A stretch of DNA of 64,000 bases, taken from positions 5,902,286-5,966,285 of the forward strand of contig NW_002060947.1 in the NCBI RefSeq assembly GCF_000150275.1, read 5' to 3'. Below the pieces are notes generated by a model. It was given only the letters and a program-made list of their open reading frames with translations. It ran no database searches and had not been told where the DNA came from. A program made the translations under genes and the position numbers. Of this stretch, positions 13,458 through 26,500 are shown in pieces; position 1 is the first letter of the stretch, and each line of letters begins with the position of its first letter. Source of the DNA: Trichoplax adhaerens (lineage: Eukaryota; Animalia; Placozoa).

Positions 13458-16400
13458 TTAGAAAGTGATCGCTCCGGTTGGAGCAGTTTGCTGAAAGGCA
13501 AATTGATCTTCCTTCACTTCAGGAGCTAGGGTTTCATCATCATCATCTCCTTCCTAATAGGCGTAATAATCAATCATCCATCAATATATGAACGTTCCAA
13601 CAAGTTTGTAGCTCCTATAAGCATAAAAGCATCAGCAATGTTTTTACCACATCTGGGAAATATTTGTCCATTATATCGGATATTAGTTGGTAAACTTGAT
13701 CATTATCATGCGTCTGTAAGGCTTCCATTTTATCCAAGCCTGTTACAAGAATACATGTAAATCAAGAAATCGATTAATAAAAATAATACACGAAGCCAAA
13801 ATACAGATATTCTAATACTCTTATGACTATGAAGTAACTAGTACTATAAATTAATATAATTTACCTCCTTCCTCTTCGATTGATAAGCAGATTGGTTCAG
13901 CCTGTTTTACTTTATCAGCAACCTGAAATATATAGAATATGTCGTCTTAACAATTACGATCCAATCCAATTATATCTAAATATTTTCGTTTCAAAATACT
14001 TACATTTAATATGTTTCTTAGTCCTTCCAGAGCGACTATTATAATCTATCATTAAATCAAATGCTGTCGTTAAAATCACTAACGATATGAATTAAATCCA
14101 TTGTAGCCATGTTACTCGGGCAAGAATTACCTTTGGTTCCATTGATGACAATAAGTCACATAACGGCTTAATCACTCCACATTGTACTAAGTAAGATACC
14201 TAATTGGTAATGATATACTCAGTAAATATTATTTTAGGGAAGCGTCACTATTTGGTAAGCTAGCAAACAGTTTAATTTTCCAATTTACTGCAGTATTACG
14301 TCAAGTCAATCAGTTATCGTAAATTTAATAGAGTTACCTGATCAACGGTTCCACCAGCTGTAAAGTTATTTACAGCCCAAGCACATTCTTTTTTAGTCTT
14401 AAAATCACTCTATTGAAAAATACGTAAGAAGTTCGCACTTTTGCTATAGTAATTTACTCCCAATTAAATCGATAAATTATTTTGAATAAACTTACATTTC
14501 GTAGGGTTTCGACTAATTGTGGAATAATATTTGCATTTATCAATGCCTAATATGCATGGTAAAATCATTTCATGTTAAAAAACATTAAATTGCATGCAGC
14601 ATATAATCCTTCACACTAAAAGTATAAATGTGTCTATTGTATCTATTTAATAAAATAACCTGTATTTGTTGTTGATTGCCAGCCGCAATATTAGAAATAG
14701 TCCAAGCGGTTTCCTACAAGTAGAGACAGTATTGCAAAATAAATCAAGGTATTGATCTCTATTTATTGTAGCCTATTCTACTACAATAGCTTTCCAAAAT
14801 CTACCTTCTGTACGCTAGCTTTTTGGTGTTTTAACAACAAGGCTAGGCAATAATGACCTTGTAGATCAAGAATAGCCTATACCACAAAGGAAATATTCAA
14901 TATTAGCTGTGATCACAACTAAGAATATATTTTGTAATTTTCTCTGTATTTTTATATAGATATCAAGTATTCTTATCATCATATTACTTGAGTTTGCGTG
15001 TCGTTGCCTGTGACAATGTTACCAATAGTTCTTAAAGCAGGCGTCTGTAGATAAAATATTGTATAAAATACAATTAACGATGGAGGCTACCAAAAAGGAA
15101 AATTACACCAACGTAAAAAATGAAATATACTTACAAGAAGTGATAGCTCTGTAGAAGCTAGTAATGACACCAAACGTGGACAAACACCTGATCTGATAAC
15201 GTTCTCAATTTTTTCATTGGGGCCATCAGTAATATAGGACAATGCCCAGCATGCATCAGTGGAAATCTAAAAGTTGCAATAAGAGCCTAATTCAGTCAAA
15301 TCTTGTTACATGTTATTCAATATATATATGGAATCTTACCTCTTTATCATCAGCGTGCAGAAGCTGTGCCAACAATGGCAATATCTAGTGTAACATTAAC
15401 AACAGTAATAAGCTTTCAATGCTACATAGACATTATACTTTAAAAAAAGGGAAATTAACCGACTACGAATGAGCTTATAAAAATACGATGAAAATCAATA
15501 TAATTAGTGAAAGTTATTACCTCGCGGACGGCTTCAAACGGTGGTGGAGGATTTTTGTTTCGACATAAATTCGATAACGTCCAAGTTGCATTACGTAAAA
15601 ACGTCACCTATTTGTAACAGTAATAAAAATTTATTTGTATATTCTAACAAGTGAAAGGAGTTAAAATATACAGTAAAAAGTAAGTATAATAGTCACACAA
15701 AAAGGATTATTTACGATGTTTACATACAGGCTTATCAGGTGTAGTGATTCTCAGCATAGCAGGAATGACATCACAACGAATAACTAAATCCCTCGCCTTG
15801 GGTCCATCTCCAGCAATATTTCCGAGAGCCCAAATTGCTTGTTCGCACACGTTAGCATACGTCGAAGACAGCAATTTAACAAAATGTGGTACTGCCCCTA
15901 AAATTATCATTTCAAATTGTTAGTGACGAGAAGACTTGCAATATTATGTCCAATCAAGTTGGCATACCTGAATCAATGACGACCTTGGTTTGATCCGAAG
16001 TCCCAGAAGCGATATTAGTCAATGCCCAAGCAGCTTCAAATTGTAGAGTTGGGCTATAAAATAATTATGCGTATAATGAATGTTACAATATTTTTTCTAT
16101 CCAATAACGTCCATTTCTAGGTATATTCAATCTTGCTCTATCAGTTAAACGTACTTATCATTGCATGACAGAAATTCCACAAATTTGGGAACTAAACCAG
16201 CCCTATAAGATTTAATCGAAATTTGTAGTTGATTAACATCAATCCATAGATTGTACACTTACAGTTGATATCAAAGATAAAAGGCAAGAACTACACTACC
16301 TATTTTATACTCAATATGATATACATACTTGATAACACTTTCAACAGGTGGATGACGTTCCCTCGATAGAATTTTTCTAATAGCATATATAAATTATGAT

Positions 16401-19400
16401 TACTTTGTAGCTTATACCCCCAACATTCTCATATAATTTTCTCTTTTAATATCAAGACTTGGTCTATACAATTTGTAAAGCGTACCTTGCTGATTGTACA
16501 GCTAACATTTGAGTTTCAACCGATGATGGATCATTGATTTTCTAATAAAAAAATATATCATAGCACACATGTTACTATCATCAGAACATGGATAGAAATT
16601 GGCTACATGAAGTAAATATTGTATAGCGTAGCACAAATACCTGAACAATTTCATCCAGATTTGTTAAGTAATGACCACTTTCCTATTCAAATTTAATATA
16701 ATCATTTTATATCATTGCTTATTCCATCGATTTAATAGAGCTATTCATACAAAGCAGAAAATACAGCTAAAACATTTAAAAGTAAATGCCCTTCTACCTA
16801 ATTCAATGAAACTCCAATTCTATGATATTGTATGGTGAAAATATAGACTCAAATGACGGTTTCAGCTTACAGCAAAATGGTAAACAAAGTGATCCTCGTA
16901 CTATAAGATTGATACTGCTTGTAAATAGCTCTTTAAAGACTCATTCACTCCTTGCTATACTTTATCCTATCCACTACGTCGCAATAATAAAAATGCGCAT
17001 TGAAATGTGTTGTCAGTGTGACAACAATTTTCCATCCTCTCGTTTATGAACTTACTATGGAAACAACTAGTGATATCTCAGCTTCCCTATCATTGAATTG
17101 ACTACGTTCAATATTCCTGTGTCAATAGAAGCAAGATAGGGTATCGTCCATGACTATTGCTACTCATCGAATGTAATCTATGATGCAAGGGACTCCTATC
17201 GAGTGTAGTCTACAATCGATCAGTTGATGTTTTGCTATTGCCTATATGTCAACATGTCTTCAAATTGCCTATCGAAGCCATGCAGCTAACTCCAAATAGT
17301 AGAGAGGGAAAGTACGAGAATTGTTCATGTTCCTATCAACCTAGACGAGTATTGGACGTATAAAATCAAAGCATGCAAACCTATCTTGAACTCCAGCATC
17401 AGTAATGTCGATTATTCAACAGTACAAAGTCCATTTGAATACTATACAATGATTAAAGTAAAGCTTGAGAATCATTCCAAGTCACTACCCTATGATCAAC
17501 CATGAGTCCAATTTGGCCATCACTAACTTTGTCAATCTATTGTCACTTCCGTTATTAACAATACAATAATACTTCATTGAATGACAATCTATGGTGGCTA
17601 TTGTTTGGAACAATAGAAGTAGTGCAAACATCAATACTGTATGGTTGAGGAGACATCAGTCATACAAGCTGTCAGTGACCTCTGCCAGTAGACGTGCTAC
17701 ATCATGATTATCTATTGTATTTTGCAAGCGTCAATCGCGGTGAATTGTACACTTGTACGCTTCAATCAATCATAGCGTTGACTCAGCATGGACAACAATG
17801 CAATCTAAAGGCGATTCTCTTTGGTTAGATAAGTGACACAAACAAGAGTACATGGATCATATTATTCTCTATTAAGGCCACAAAATGCTGCTGGAAAATC
17901 AATCACACAACACAAACCTGATTATTGGTTGTTTCACTCAATGGATTGCAAGTCACTTCAGTCGATAGATTGACATTACGACGCTTCAGGACTTGTTCGT
18001 CTCGTTTGTTCTATGAAGAGAGGAAAAAAATGGATTAATAGACGACAGACAGTATGGCAAAAATTCATTGAAATAAAATCAGTCTTAGAATGATGGATCG
18101 CCATTCTAAACGCAATGAGAGGATAGGGTAGTCTGATCCAACAGAAATCCATTTTAGAAAGCAAAGGGTAAAACGTTCTTGGCAATACAGTACAGTAGTT
18201 GCTTGGTAAAATGATATTACCGTCTATCTTTGCACCAATAAACAAATATCCAATAACTATGTTGGATAATTTCCTATTGCAAAATGGAATGCAGTTCGTG
18301 CATTGACAATATGGATAATCAGCGATCATGATGTAATTCATTATGGCAACGTTGTTGGATCGTGTTGAATTCCAACTTGAATATACGGTAGAACGTTTTT
18401 ACAGTACTTTCTTGGACAATAATGATATAGGCGAAATGCACGAAACGTCCACGAAATACTACCTGTAAATAAATATACTATAGCGAATGGATGAAATGAA
18501 ATGCCAATTCCGATGTACATCACTTGCTGCTGGTACAATCCAATCATGATGACTAAATGTAAATCATGACTCCATTGCAATGAGAACTTTTGAAAACTGA
18601 AATGCTAACTTGTCAAAGCAAGTATCTAGTGTCATGACGCTTAACAAAAACTGGTTACAAGGAGTTAGCTGTATCATGTACAAGCGATTCATGAATGATT
18701 TCTTGCATGGCCTTCCCATATAGAAAAATTGAGCTGATAAAACAATCAAAGATCGTTGACTTTCGATCCTAACTTTGAATCTTACTTTATTACGGTATAA
18801 GGTAATAGTTATCTCTGCCGATCGACCCTTTCAATCGAGATTTTACAGTCGTGCTTTGGTGGGAAAGCAGCGATAGCAGTTGCTTATTGCTCATATGGTG
18901 TATAGAGTCATGGAGTTGAAACAATTTTTACCTAATATTACAACAAGTCCTGACACGTTTAATTACAGAATGAATGTAGGTCAAAAATCACCAGTCAGAA
19001 TATCAGTGCACTTCATGCTTTTCTAGTGCGTTGATGACGAAGTGTAATACTATTCGATGCTTTTATTGTAAACTATATTACGGATAAATTCGATTGAAAT
19101 GGAAACTTTCAAAATCCATCGTCATTGAGTGGTGTTACATCAACTACAGCACAAACCTTTCGAAGTTCGATACTGACTTCATTTCTACGTCGTCGAAGTT
19201 CCTAAAATGCGACAATATCCCAAAGTATTCTTATTAATTAATAATAATAATTGTAGAATTGAATGCATTCAAAACTGTCTATATCTAACGATCGCGCTGC
19301 GCTGATCGGAGTATCTTACAAGTGAATACAGTTCCAAGACCTATACCATCTTCCAATGTTGTATACGTATCACTACGATATCGTTATTAACACATCATGC

Positions 19401-19935
19401 TTACTTTAAGTTTGATCAAAGAAGTAAAGTGAGAAATAGGACAATTTCACCAATAACGATATCAATACATAAGATAGATGATTAAGAGTATCTGATGGCA
19501 TTCTTCAGGATATTGACCACACTAACAGAGTCAATGCAAACTATAGTAGCAAACCAAAGAGTGGAGAACGTACAGTAGTCTTTTCTGGTCGTTTAATAAT
19601 GGTACACCGGTATGCGAATATAGTCAAAATTAATAACGATCACCGGACTCATTCACTAGGTTCCATATTAATCATCAATGGTAAAAACTTGCGAATGCAC
19701 TGCGTCATAGACTTTAAAAATCACTATCAATCACAACATGAGACGATGGAGAAGGTCTTGATTTGAATTTATTACTAGACGGTCAAAAGTAAGATTTTCC
19801 TACTTCCACTACTTCGGTACACTGTGACTAAGAATGGAAATGGAAATCAATTTGCAATTCAATTTCACTTACCCTATCATCCTTTCCCTTATTTTTAAAA
19901 GATTTAAGACGAGAATTTTCAAGTGATCCAGGCAT
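13458..19935 (-). CDS. KPNA2: Importin subunit alpha (karyopherin alpha; alpha-2/KPNA2-like), multi-exon
   Basis: IBB domain split over three exons: [21 protein letters not shown]|[15 protein letters not shown]|[16 protein letters not shown] repeats [83 protein letters not shown]. Ends ...[11 protein letters not shown] (TAA 13458-13460). The subfamily call is less certain than the family call. Confidence 0.92.
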
Positions 19936-20786
19936 AGTGTACTAACCCCAAAATTGGAACAAATTGGCAACATTTATTACGCGTTCTAACACTACAACAA
20001 CGCATTGGCATATAACCTATCGAGTCCAGTAAGTTACCAATCTTGAAAAAAAAATGTCTATGTAGCTTATAACACTTACAAGGTTCAAACGTTGCTCTAA
20101 AATTAAAAATCTCAGAAGGAATCAATGTCTAATTTCAATGGAGAAGTGCAATGATCGATTGCCAAATAATGTTGATGAGCGATGGTGAGCAAGAGATTGA
20201 ATTCTGGATTTGAATTAACTGACCGTTAGTTATATACGGCCAATTTGCATACGCGTTCACTTAGTTGATAGGGGAGTCTATACTGTAGCCTTGAAAGCAT
20301 ATGTAGCGTAAAGCAGTAGTAAGGATGAATGAAAGACGTTTTGTGACAGTATGCACTGTAGTTTGCAAATGCGCAAAGGTTGCAATACAAGTGCACCGAA
20401 TTATGGATGCTTTCATACTATTTTATGCCATTGAATAGCGATGTTTGAGTAAGTAGGGCTACGCGATGATCGACACTTTATACAGTGTACAGTACTGTAA
20501 AGAGTAGGCAAGATGGCAAAATACTGTAGCCAGTGGTTGGTCTGGCCGATAGGTTAGTGTATTGTTCAGCTCTGTATGCTCATAACAGCATATAGCATAT
20601 TGCATTGAATTTCCTGACTGCCCTTTGCACATGCGGTTGCCATTCGATCACAATCCTTTGTATGGGTTCCATTGGCCAATTAAAATTGGAAGAGTGAGAA
20701 AGCTCTTCTTTCATTGGATATCGAATCAATTTGAAAATTAACCGCCGAAGGGTGATGGTAAGCATGCGCATGGCTGAATCATTTGG

Positions 20787-20872
20787 GTACAGTGTACACT
20801 GTACTGTACAGTACAGTCACGGACTACAGTACAGTACAGCATAATACAGTACAGTACTGTACACTGTACTGT
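20787..20872. repeat. (CAGTA)n/(TACTG)n pentamer microsatellite with palindromic, inverted arrangement
   Basis: gtacagtgtacactgtactgtacagtacag...tacagtacagtactgtacactgtac; the ends are mutually inverted. Confidence 0.8.
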
Positions 20873-20961
20873 GCTAGCTTTGCTTTCTACGCATGTCAAC
20901 TTTTACTAGAACCTTCTACAGAGGACCGGTAAAAATGCCAAATGAAGGACCCTGACCACTA

Positions 20962-22078
20962 CAGTATGGTCTGCTATGATGAACTAGAGTATTCGGTTGC
21001 AAAATAATAACAAGGCCTGGCAGACTATCTTTCTGCTCCTTCTACTATAGTCTGCTATGGTGAACTACAGTAAAGTATTCGGTGCAACAATAATGACAAG
21101 GCCTGGCAGACTATCTTTCTGCTCCTTCTACTATAGTCTGCTATGGTGAACTACAGTAAAGTATTCGGTGCAACAATAATGACAAGGCCTGGCAGACTAT
21201 CTTTCTGCTCCTTCTACTATAGTCTGCTATGGTGAACTACAGTAAAGTATTCGGTGCAACAATAATGACAAGGCCTGGCAGACTATCTTTCTGCTCATTC
21301 TGCTATAGTCTGCTATGGTGAATTACAGTAAAGTACTCGGTGCAACAATAATGACAAGGCCTGGCAGACTATCTTTCTGCTTCTTCTACTATAGTCTGCT
21401 ATGGTGAACTACAGTAAAGTACTCGGTGCAACAATAATGACAAGGCCTGGCAGACTATCTTTCTGCTCATTCTGCTATAGTCTGCTATGGTGAATTATAG
21501 TAAAGTACTCGGTGCAAAAATAATGACAAGGCCTGGCAGACTATTTTTCTGCTCATTCTACTATACTGGACAGTAAAGTAGTTTGCTATGGTGAACTACT
21601 TTAGCACAATATTTTCAATAATTAATTGTCGATATGAATAGTTTTTAAATAATTAATTACAAGCTTTTTCGAGATTATTAACATTAAGTTATGTTAAACA
21701 ATTTTGCCATAACATTAAACATTATATTATCAGCAACGCTGCTGTACAGTACAGTACAGTACAGTAAAGTACTCGGTGCAAAAAGAATGACAAGGATAGC
21801 AGACTATCTTTCTGCTCATTCTGCTATAGTCTGCTATGGCGAACTAAAATATTCGGTACGATAATAATGACAGGGCTAAGCAGAATATCTTTCCGCTCAT
21901 TCTACTATAGTCTGCTATGGTGAACTACAGTAAAGTATTCGGTGCAAAAAGAATGACTTACACTAGCAGACTATCTTTCTGTTCATTCTGCTATAGTCCG
22001 CTATGGTGAACTAAAGTATTCGGTGCAAAAATAATGACAAGGCTTTGCAGACTATCTTTCTGCTCATTCTGCTATAGC
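20962..22078. repeat. 86-bp tandem satellite in two blocks (about 7.5 units at 20962-21600, about 4 diverged units at 21760-22078) separated by an AT-rich spacer
   Basis: Unit tctactatagtctgctatggtgaactacagtaaagtattcggtgcaacaataatgacaaggcctggcagactatctttctgctcct starts at 21041, 21127, 21213, 21299, 21385, 21471 and 21557. Confidence 0.95.
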
Positions 22079-22260
22079 CGTAAACCCCATATTCCACACT
22101 GTGCAAAACCAATCCACCACTGGAGACGACTACCAAAATAGTTCAACCCAACATTTATATTACATAGAACGGCTGTGGCCAGTCCATTGCCCTCTTTCAT
22201 TTATTAAGTGTACATTATCTGCTAAAAAATCTTTTCTGTTACCCCTGTTAACGAAGATGA

Positions 22261-22391
22261 AAAATACGGGATTTGACCGAAGTCCTGAAAAAATGCATCG
22301 CTTGAATTGACGTATTAGTAAAATACGGGCATTCACACGACGGACTCCTTTTCAGGACAGCTAGCAGGACTCTAGTCAAATCGTGTATTTT
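22261..22391. repeat. About 130-bp element bounded by 27-bp imperfect inverted repeats (possible MITE relic or hairpin)
   Basis: aaaatacgggatttgaccgaagtcctg (22261-22287) vs the reverse complement of caggactctagtcaaatcgtgtatttt (22365-22391): 22/27 identical. Confidence 0.55.
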
Positions 22392-23586
22392 GTCCTGCCA
22401 TTTCCTAGTTCTGTAGTAGCAGCTAGCAATCAGAATACTGCAAATTATAGATTTCTATGCTGTACGGTAGCCTGTAACTTATCTCTTTCAAGTATCAATT
22501 TCTGCTGTCTGTGCTAATAGTGATACAGTATCACAGATTGATCGATCGATGGCGGACCGAGGATAACTTTCAAGACGCTTAGGCCTTAGGGTCTCAATCG
22601 TAGTCCACGCATTACACACTTGAAATATCAATTAACAATTTTATTTTTGACTATCCATATTTCAAATTGAATATTCCATTGTCAATATTTACGTATGCAG
22701 CACGTAATCCTTCATATCCAAATTAAAAATGTTACAAATAATCAAAGCCATTCAATTCGAAGCCAATATGGCGTAATATAATGAGTGACATATCTTCACG
22801 GTTAAGATAGATTTACAATATATTCGTATACGCGTAGAGCTTAGAGTGTATTGAACTGCGCCTTGGTACTATTCTAATGTGATATCCGCCTGTAAAGTTG
22901 TAAATACTCAAATGAAAAAAAATATTAATTATCATATTGTACAGGCCAAATAGTCTATGAAACGAATAGCCTTACTCAAATTATTCGAGCTATCAAAGAA
23001 AAATCGTCTCTTCCATTGACCAAGCTTTCCATCATGGATGCTAAAGTCTGTATCACAATTTCATAAATGTACTGACTGTGTTTTATTATACATTACAAGT
23101 GATATGATAAAATACTGCATGATATTGCTTAAAATACAAGATTACGACTATTACAATTTTCGGTATAAATGCAATTCTTAACTATGATTGGTGACTTTCA
23201 AGCTGTTTGTCGTAATTTTAGTGTATTGAGGTAAAAAATAACCATCAGTTTTTACAATATGTTGAAGTAATATTCGGTATTTTAGTTGGGATACCAAGTC
23301 TTGGTTGATGTTAATCTTGCTGAACCTATAAATGAAAGCGATAAAATATTAATCACAGTAGATTACTTAATACGAGCAGTCAACCTAATAAGAGACTACA
23401 TAAACGATAACATGTATTGCAAAAAGTTGATATTATTTTCATTCTAATTTTAAGCTTGAATATTCGAAAAACTGCTCTATGAACGATATGAATATTATAA
23501 TCGACAACGCACTACAAATTAATAAAGTTTAAAGTATTAATCGAAAGACTTACCGGTAATCACGGATAGACTGGATTCTCCTTAAT

Positions 23587-26500
23587 CTATGCTACAATAA
23601 TCGCTTTGGCGCTCGTAGGGCGATCACTTACAACTTTAACTCCAGGCGCCATACCAGTTGCAGGATCAACAGAAAATCGAGTATTAAACTCAGCAGTCGT
23701 CAAGACCAGTAGTTTAAGTTAAGAAAAATGCAATAAACAAATGTCTAAACAATTCAGATTGCATCAATAAAATTTAAAATTGATCGATACATTATTCTAT
23801 ATCATGACAAAATATTCGTATTATAATATTTCAATTGTTATGGTTCAATACCGTGCATATTAATGCAAGATTGCTACTAGTATAAAAAAGGATATCTGCT
23901 GAAATAGGAATGTAAAGAATATTAGATTCCGTAACTACTTCCAGCTCGTGATGGATCATACCAGCACCATCTTTGCCACCTTCAATGCCAACCGCAACTG
24001 CATAGATATCAACTATTATTTTTGCAGTCATACCGACAGCGAGCTATAATGGAAATAAAATCAATAACACGTTAAATTAACACGTTCAATTCTGTCCATA
24101 TATTAATAAAAAACTGTAAAAATTAAATAAAACTGCTACTTGCATATTACAAATAATTTTAATTGACTGCAACCAACAGTATGTTACTATCAGATATATC
24201 ATAAGCATGAGTCAGTCGGTACTCACGGGTCCTGGTTGAAAAGAAGCCTTTAAACCGGTTGAAGGTGGGGGTTGAGTAATCTTGTATCTGCCTACATCAA
24301 CTCCAATATTTTTAAGTAAAAACGTACTCCTGTACATGTAGCCTTCTTTCAAGACACCAAATTCCACACAGTCAGGATAAACTTCAAAGGCACGTGATTG
24401 TCTGCCATTAGAGACAGATGCTGTATTGACATCTCGACGAACTGGGCTTTCTATTTTCATATACTGCCAATTAAAAAGACTATGTCAGCATTTAGTGAGC
24501 ATACCAATAATAAATATAGGCTACATAAACTAGTACACAGCTAAATCATTAAGGAACTTCAGTATAATTATGATGGTGATTTGATGGCATTTAAGAAGAC
24601 TGAAATATGATTTTTACCTTCTCATTGGGAATTGAGCCAGGTCTAGAGCCTTTGACCGATACAGGCTTTCTAACACGAGATTGACTGCTCCTACTAAGAC
24701 TCTCATTTGTGGAAATATTACGTTGAGCATCACTCTCGGAAACTAAATTACGCATTTTAAATTCGTTCCCATTATGCATAGTAAGTATGTCAGGAGATGC
24801 TAAACAAGTAAATGAAAGAGTAAGTGTCAATCAGTAATATTATTGAGGATTAAAACAGAGTGAAAGGCGAAATGATATAGGAAATTGTATTACGATCCGG
24901 TCAGAAAGTTGAATGAATGAAACTTACCTGTTTCTAATTCAGTAGCTGCCGTAATACGCTCTAATGGCGCCGATTGAACATCACCTCTCAAAGAATTATT
25001 AATAGATTTTGCATCATCCTGCTCGGCAAATTTAGCTACAGTAGAAGGATAAACACTTGCTTGACTAGGAGTTGCATTAGCGGGGCGCGATGGACTCATG
25101 GTGGTACTATGATGCTCGACTTCATTAAATTTGCTACTTGTATGCATTTTCACTGCTTTTCCAGGTGTTGGTGCTATCGGTCGCGCTTCCTCATAACTAA
25201 CATCAAGACTGGATATTACCTTTGTATTGCTTTCCTCATCTTTATTATCTGGATTATTTTCACTAGTAACATTTAGATCAACCACACCGGTATCATCACC
25301 ACCCGCAATCCCGCTAGGATTAGGTAAAGTTTGTTCCGAATCCAGTTTTAAATTATCTAAAATATAAGATAACGCAGTAGACGATCTGTCGCCTTGATGA
25401 CTTTTCAGCGGCGATTTTGCTAATTCTTTTGTCAATGCTGTCATATTAGGTTCGTTAATGTACTCTAAAATTTCTTTCCCCTTCTCGGTATGAAAATAAG
25501 GAGGGATATGATGAGACTTCAACTGTTCTTTACGTGCCTCAGCAGCAGCTAGTTCTTCTCTATCAGCTTGCCAATCTGCTGGTGTTCTTTTCGGCTTAGG
25601 TTTTTGTTGTTTTTCTAATTTTGATGGTGATTTGGCGTGAAGATATAATTGAATAATATCGCGATCAGATAACTCAGGCTTAGAACTATTTGCTATAATA
25701 TCACTTATAAATTCATTCAATTCTTCTTGTTGTGTATGATATCGACTTTGACTGCGATAATTGACTGTAAAATCAGACGCTTGTGAACGCTCTTCTAAAT
25801 TTCGTTCATCCTGAGGTAATAATTGATCGGCATTGATTTCACGTTCATTAACGAATTCGTTATATTCACTTAGACAATTGAATAAGGTTTTCTTTTCTTT
25901 CTTTGATATTCTCGGATATCGTATTAAGTGGCGGATTTCGACGCCATTTGGATGTATCTTTTTCTTATGCAAAGCAGCTTTCTTCTTATCATTTTCCTGA
26001 CCAAAGATTGCTTGGCGCATTTCTTGTTTGATATCCGCAATAGTAGAATCTACACGGAAAGAATTCACTCTCAATGAGGCCATGATAGATTCTCGAGCTT
26101 GTGGTGGTGCTGTCCAACGATTTAAAGTAACATTAGCTAGCGGTTGCAATATTGTAACGCATGAAGCTTTAGAGCGATTGCTAATATTTTCATTCATGAT
26201 AATGTTATCCTTATCCATTGCTAAGTTGTTTAGTTCACTATCAACTAAATGGATATTCATCAATTCAGCACCACTACCATCAGGTTTCAAGATAAATAAT
26301 CGCGGTAATATAAGTGGATTAATAAGTTGATCACCGTCACTTTCAGGACTCTTAGCGAAATCAACAATAACTTTTCCTTGCGATGAGACTTTAAAAGTAT
26401 TGCCACGGCTGTCAACAGTATGGCAACAGATTGATGAAGCATGATGCATTTCATAAACACCTACTACACCGACTTCTTTTCCAAATGTACCAGCTATAAG

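Noticed and set aside
17976-18749. Chain of abutting minus-strand ORFs (121, 79, 61 aa) inside importin-alpha
   Set aside because: No recognisable homology or coding-like composition. The real exon at about 17920-18010 is in a different frame.
20962-22078. CRISPR-like appearance of the palindromic 86-bp array
   Set aside because: No unique spacers (whole units are near-identical), eukaryotic context, no cas genes.
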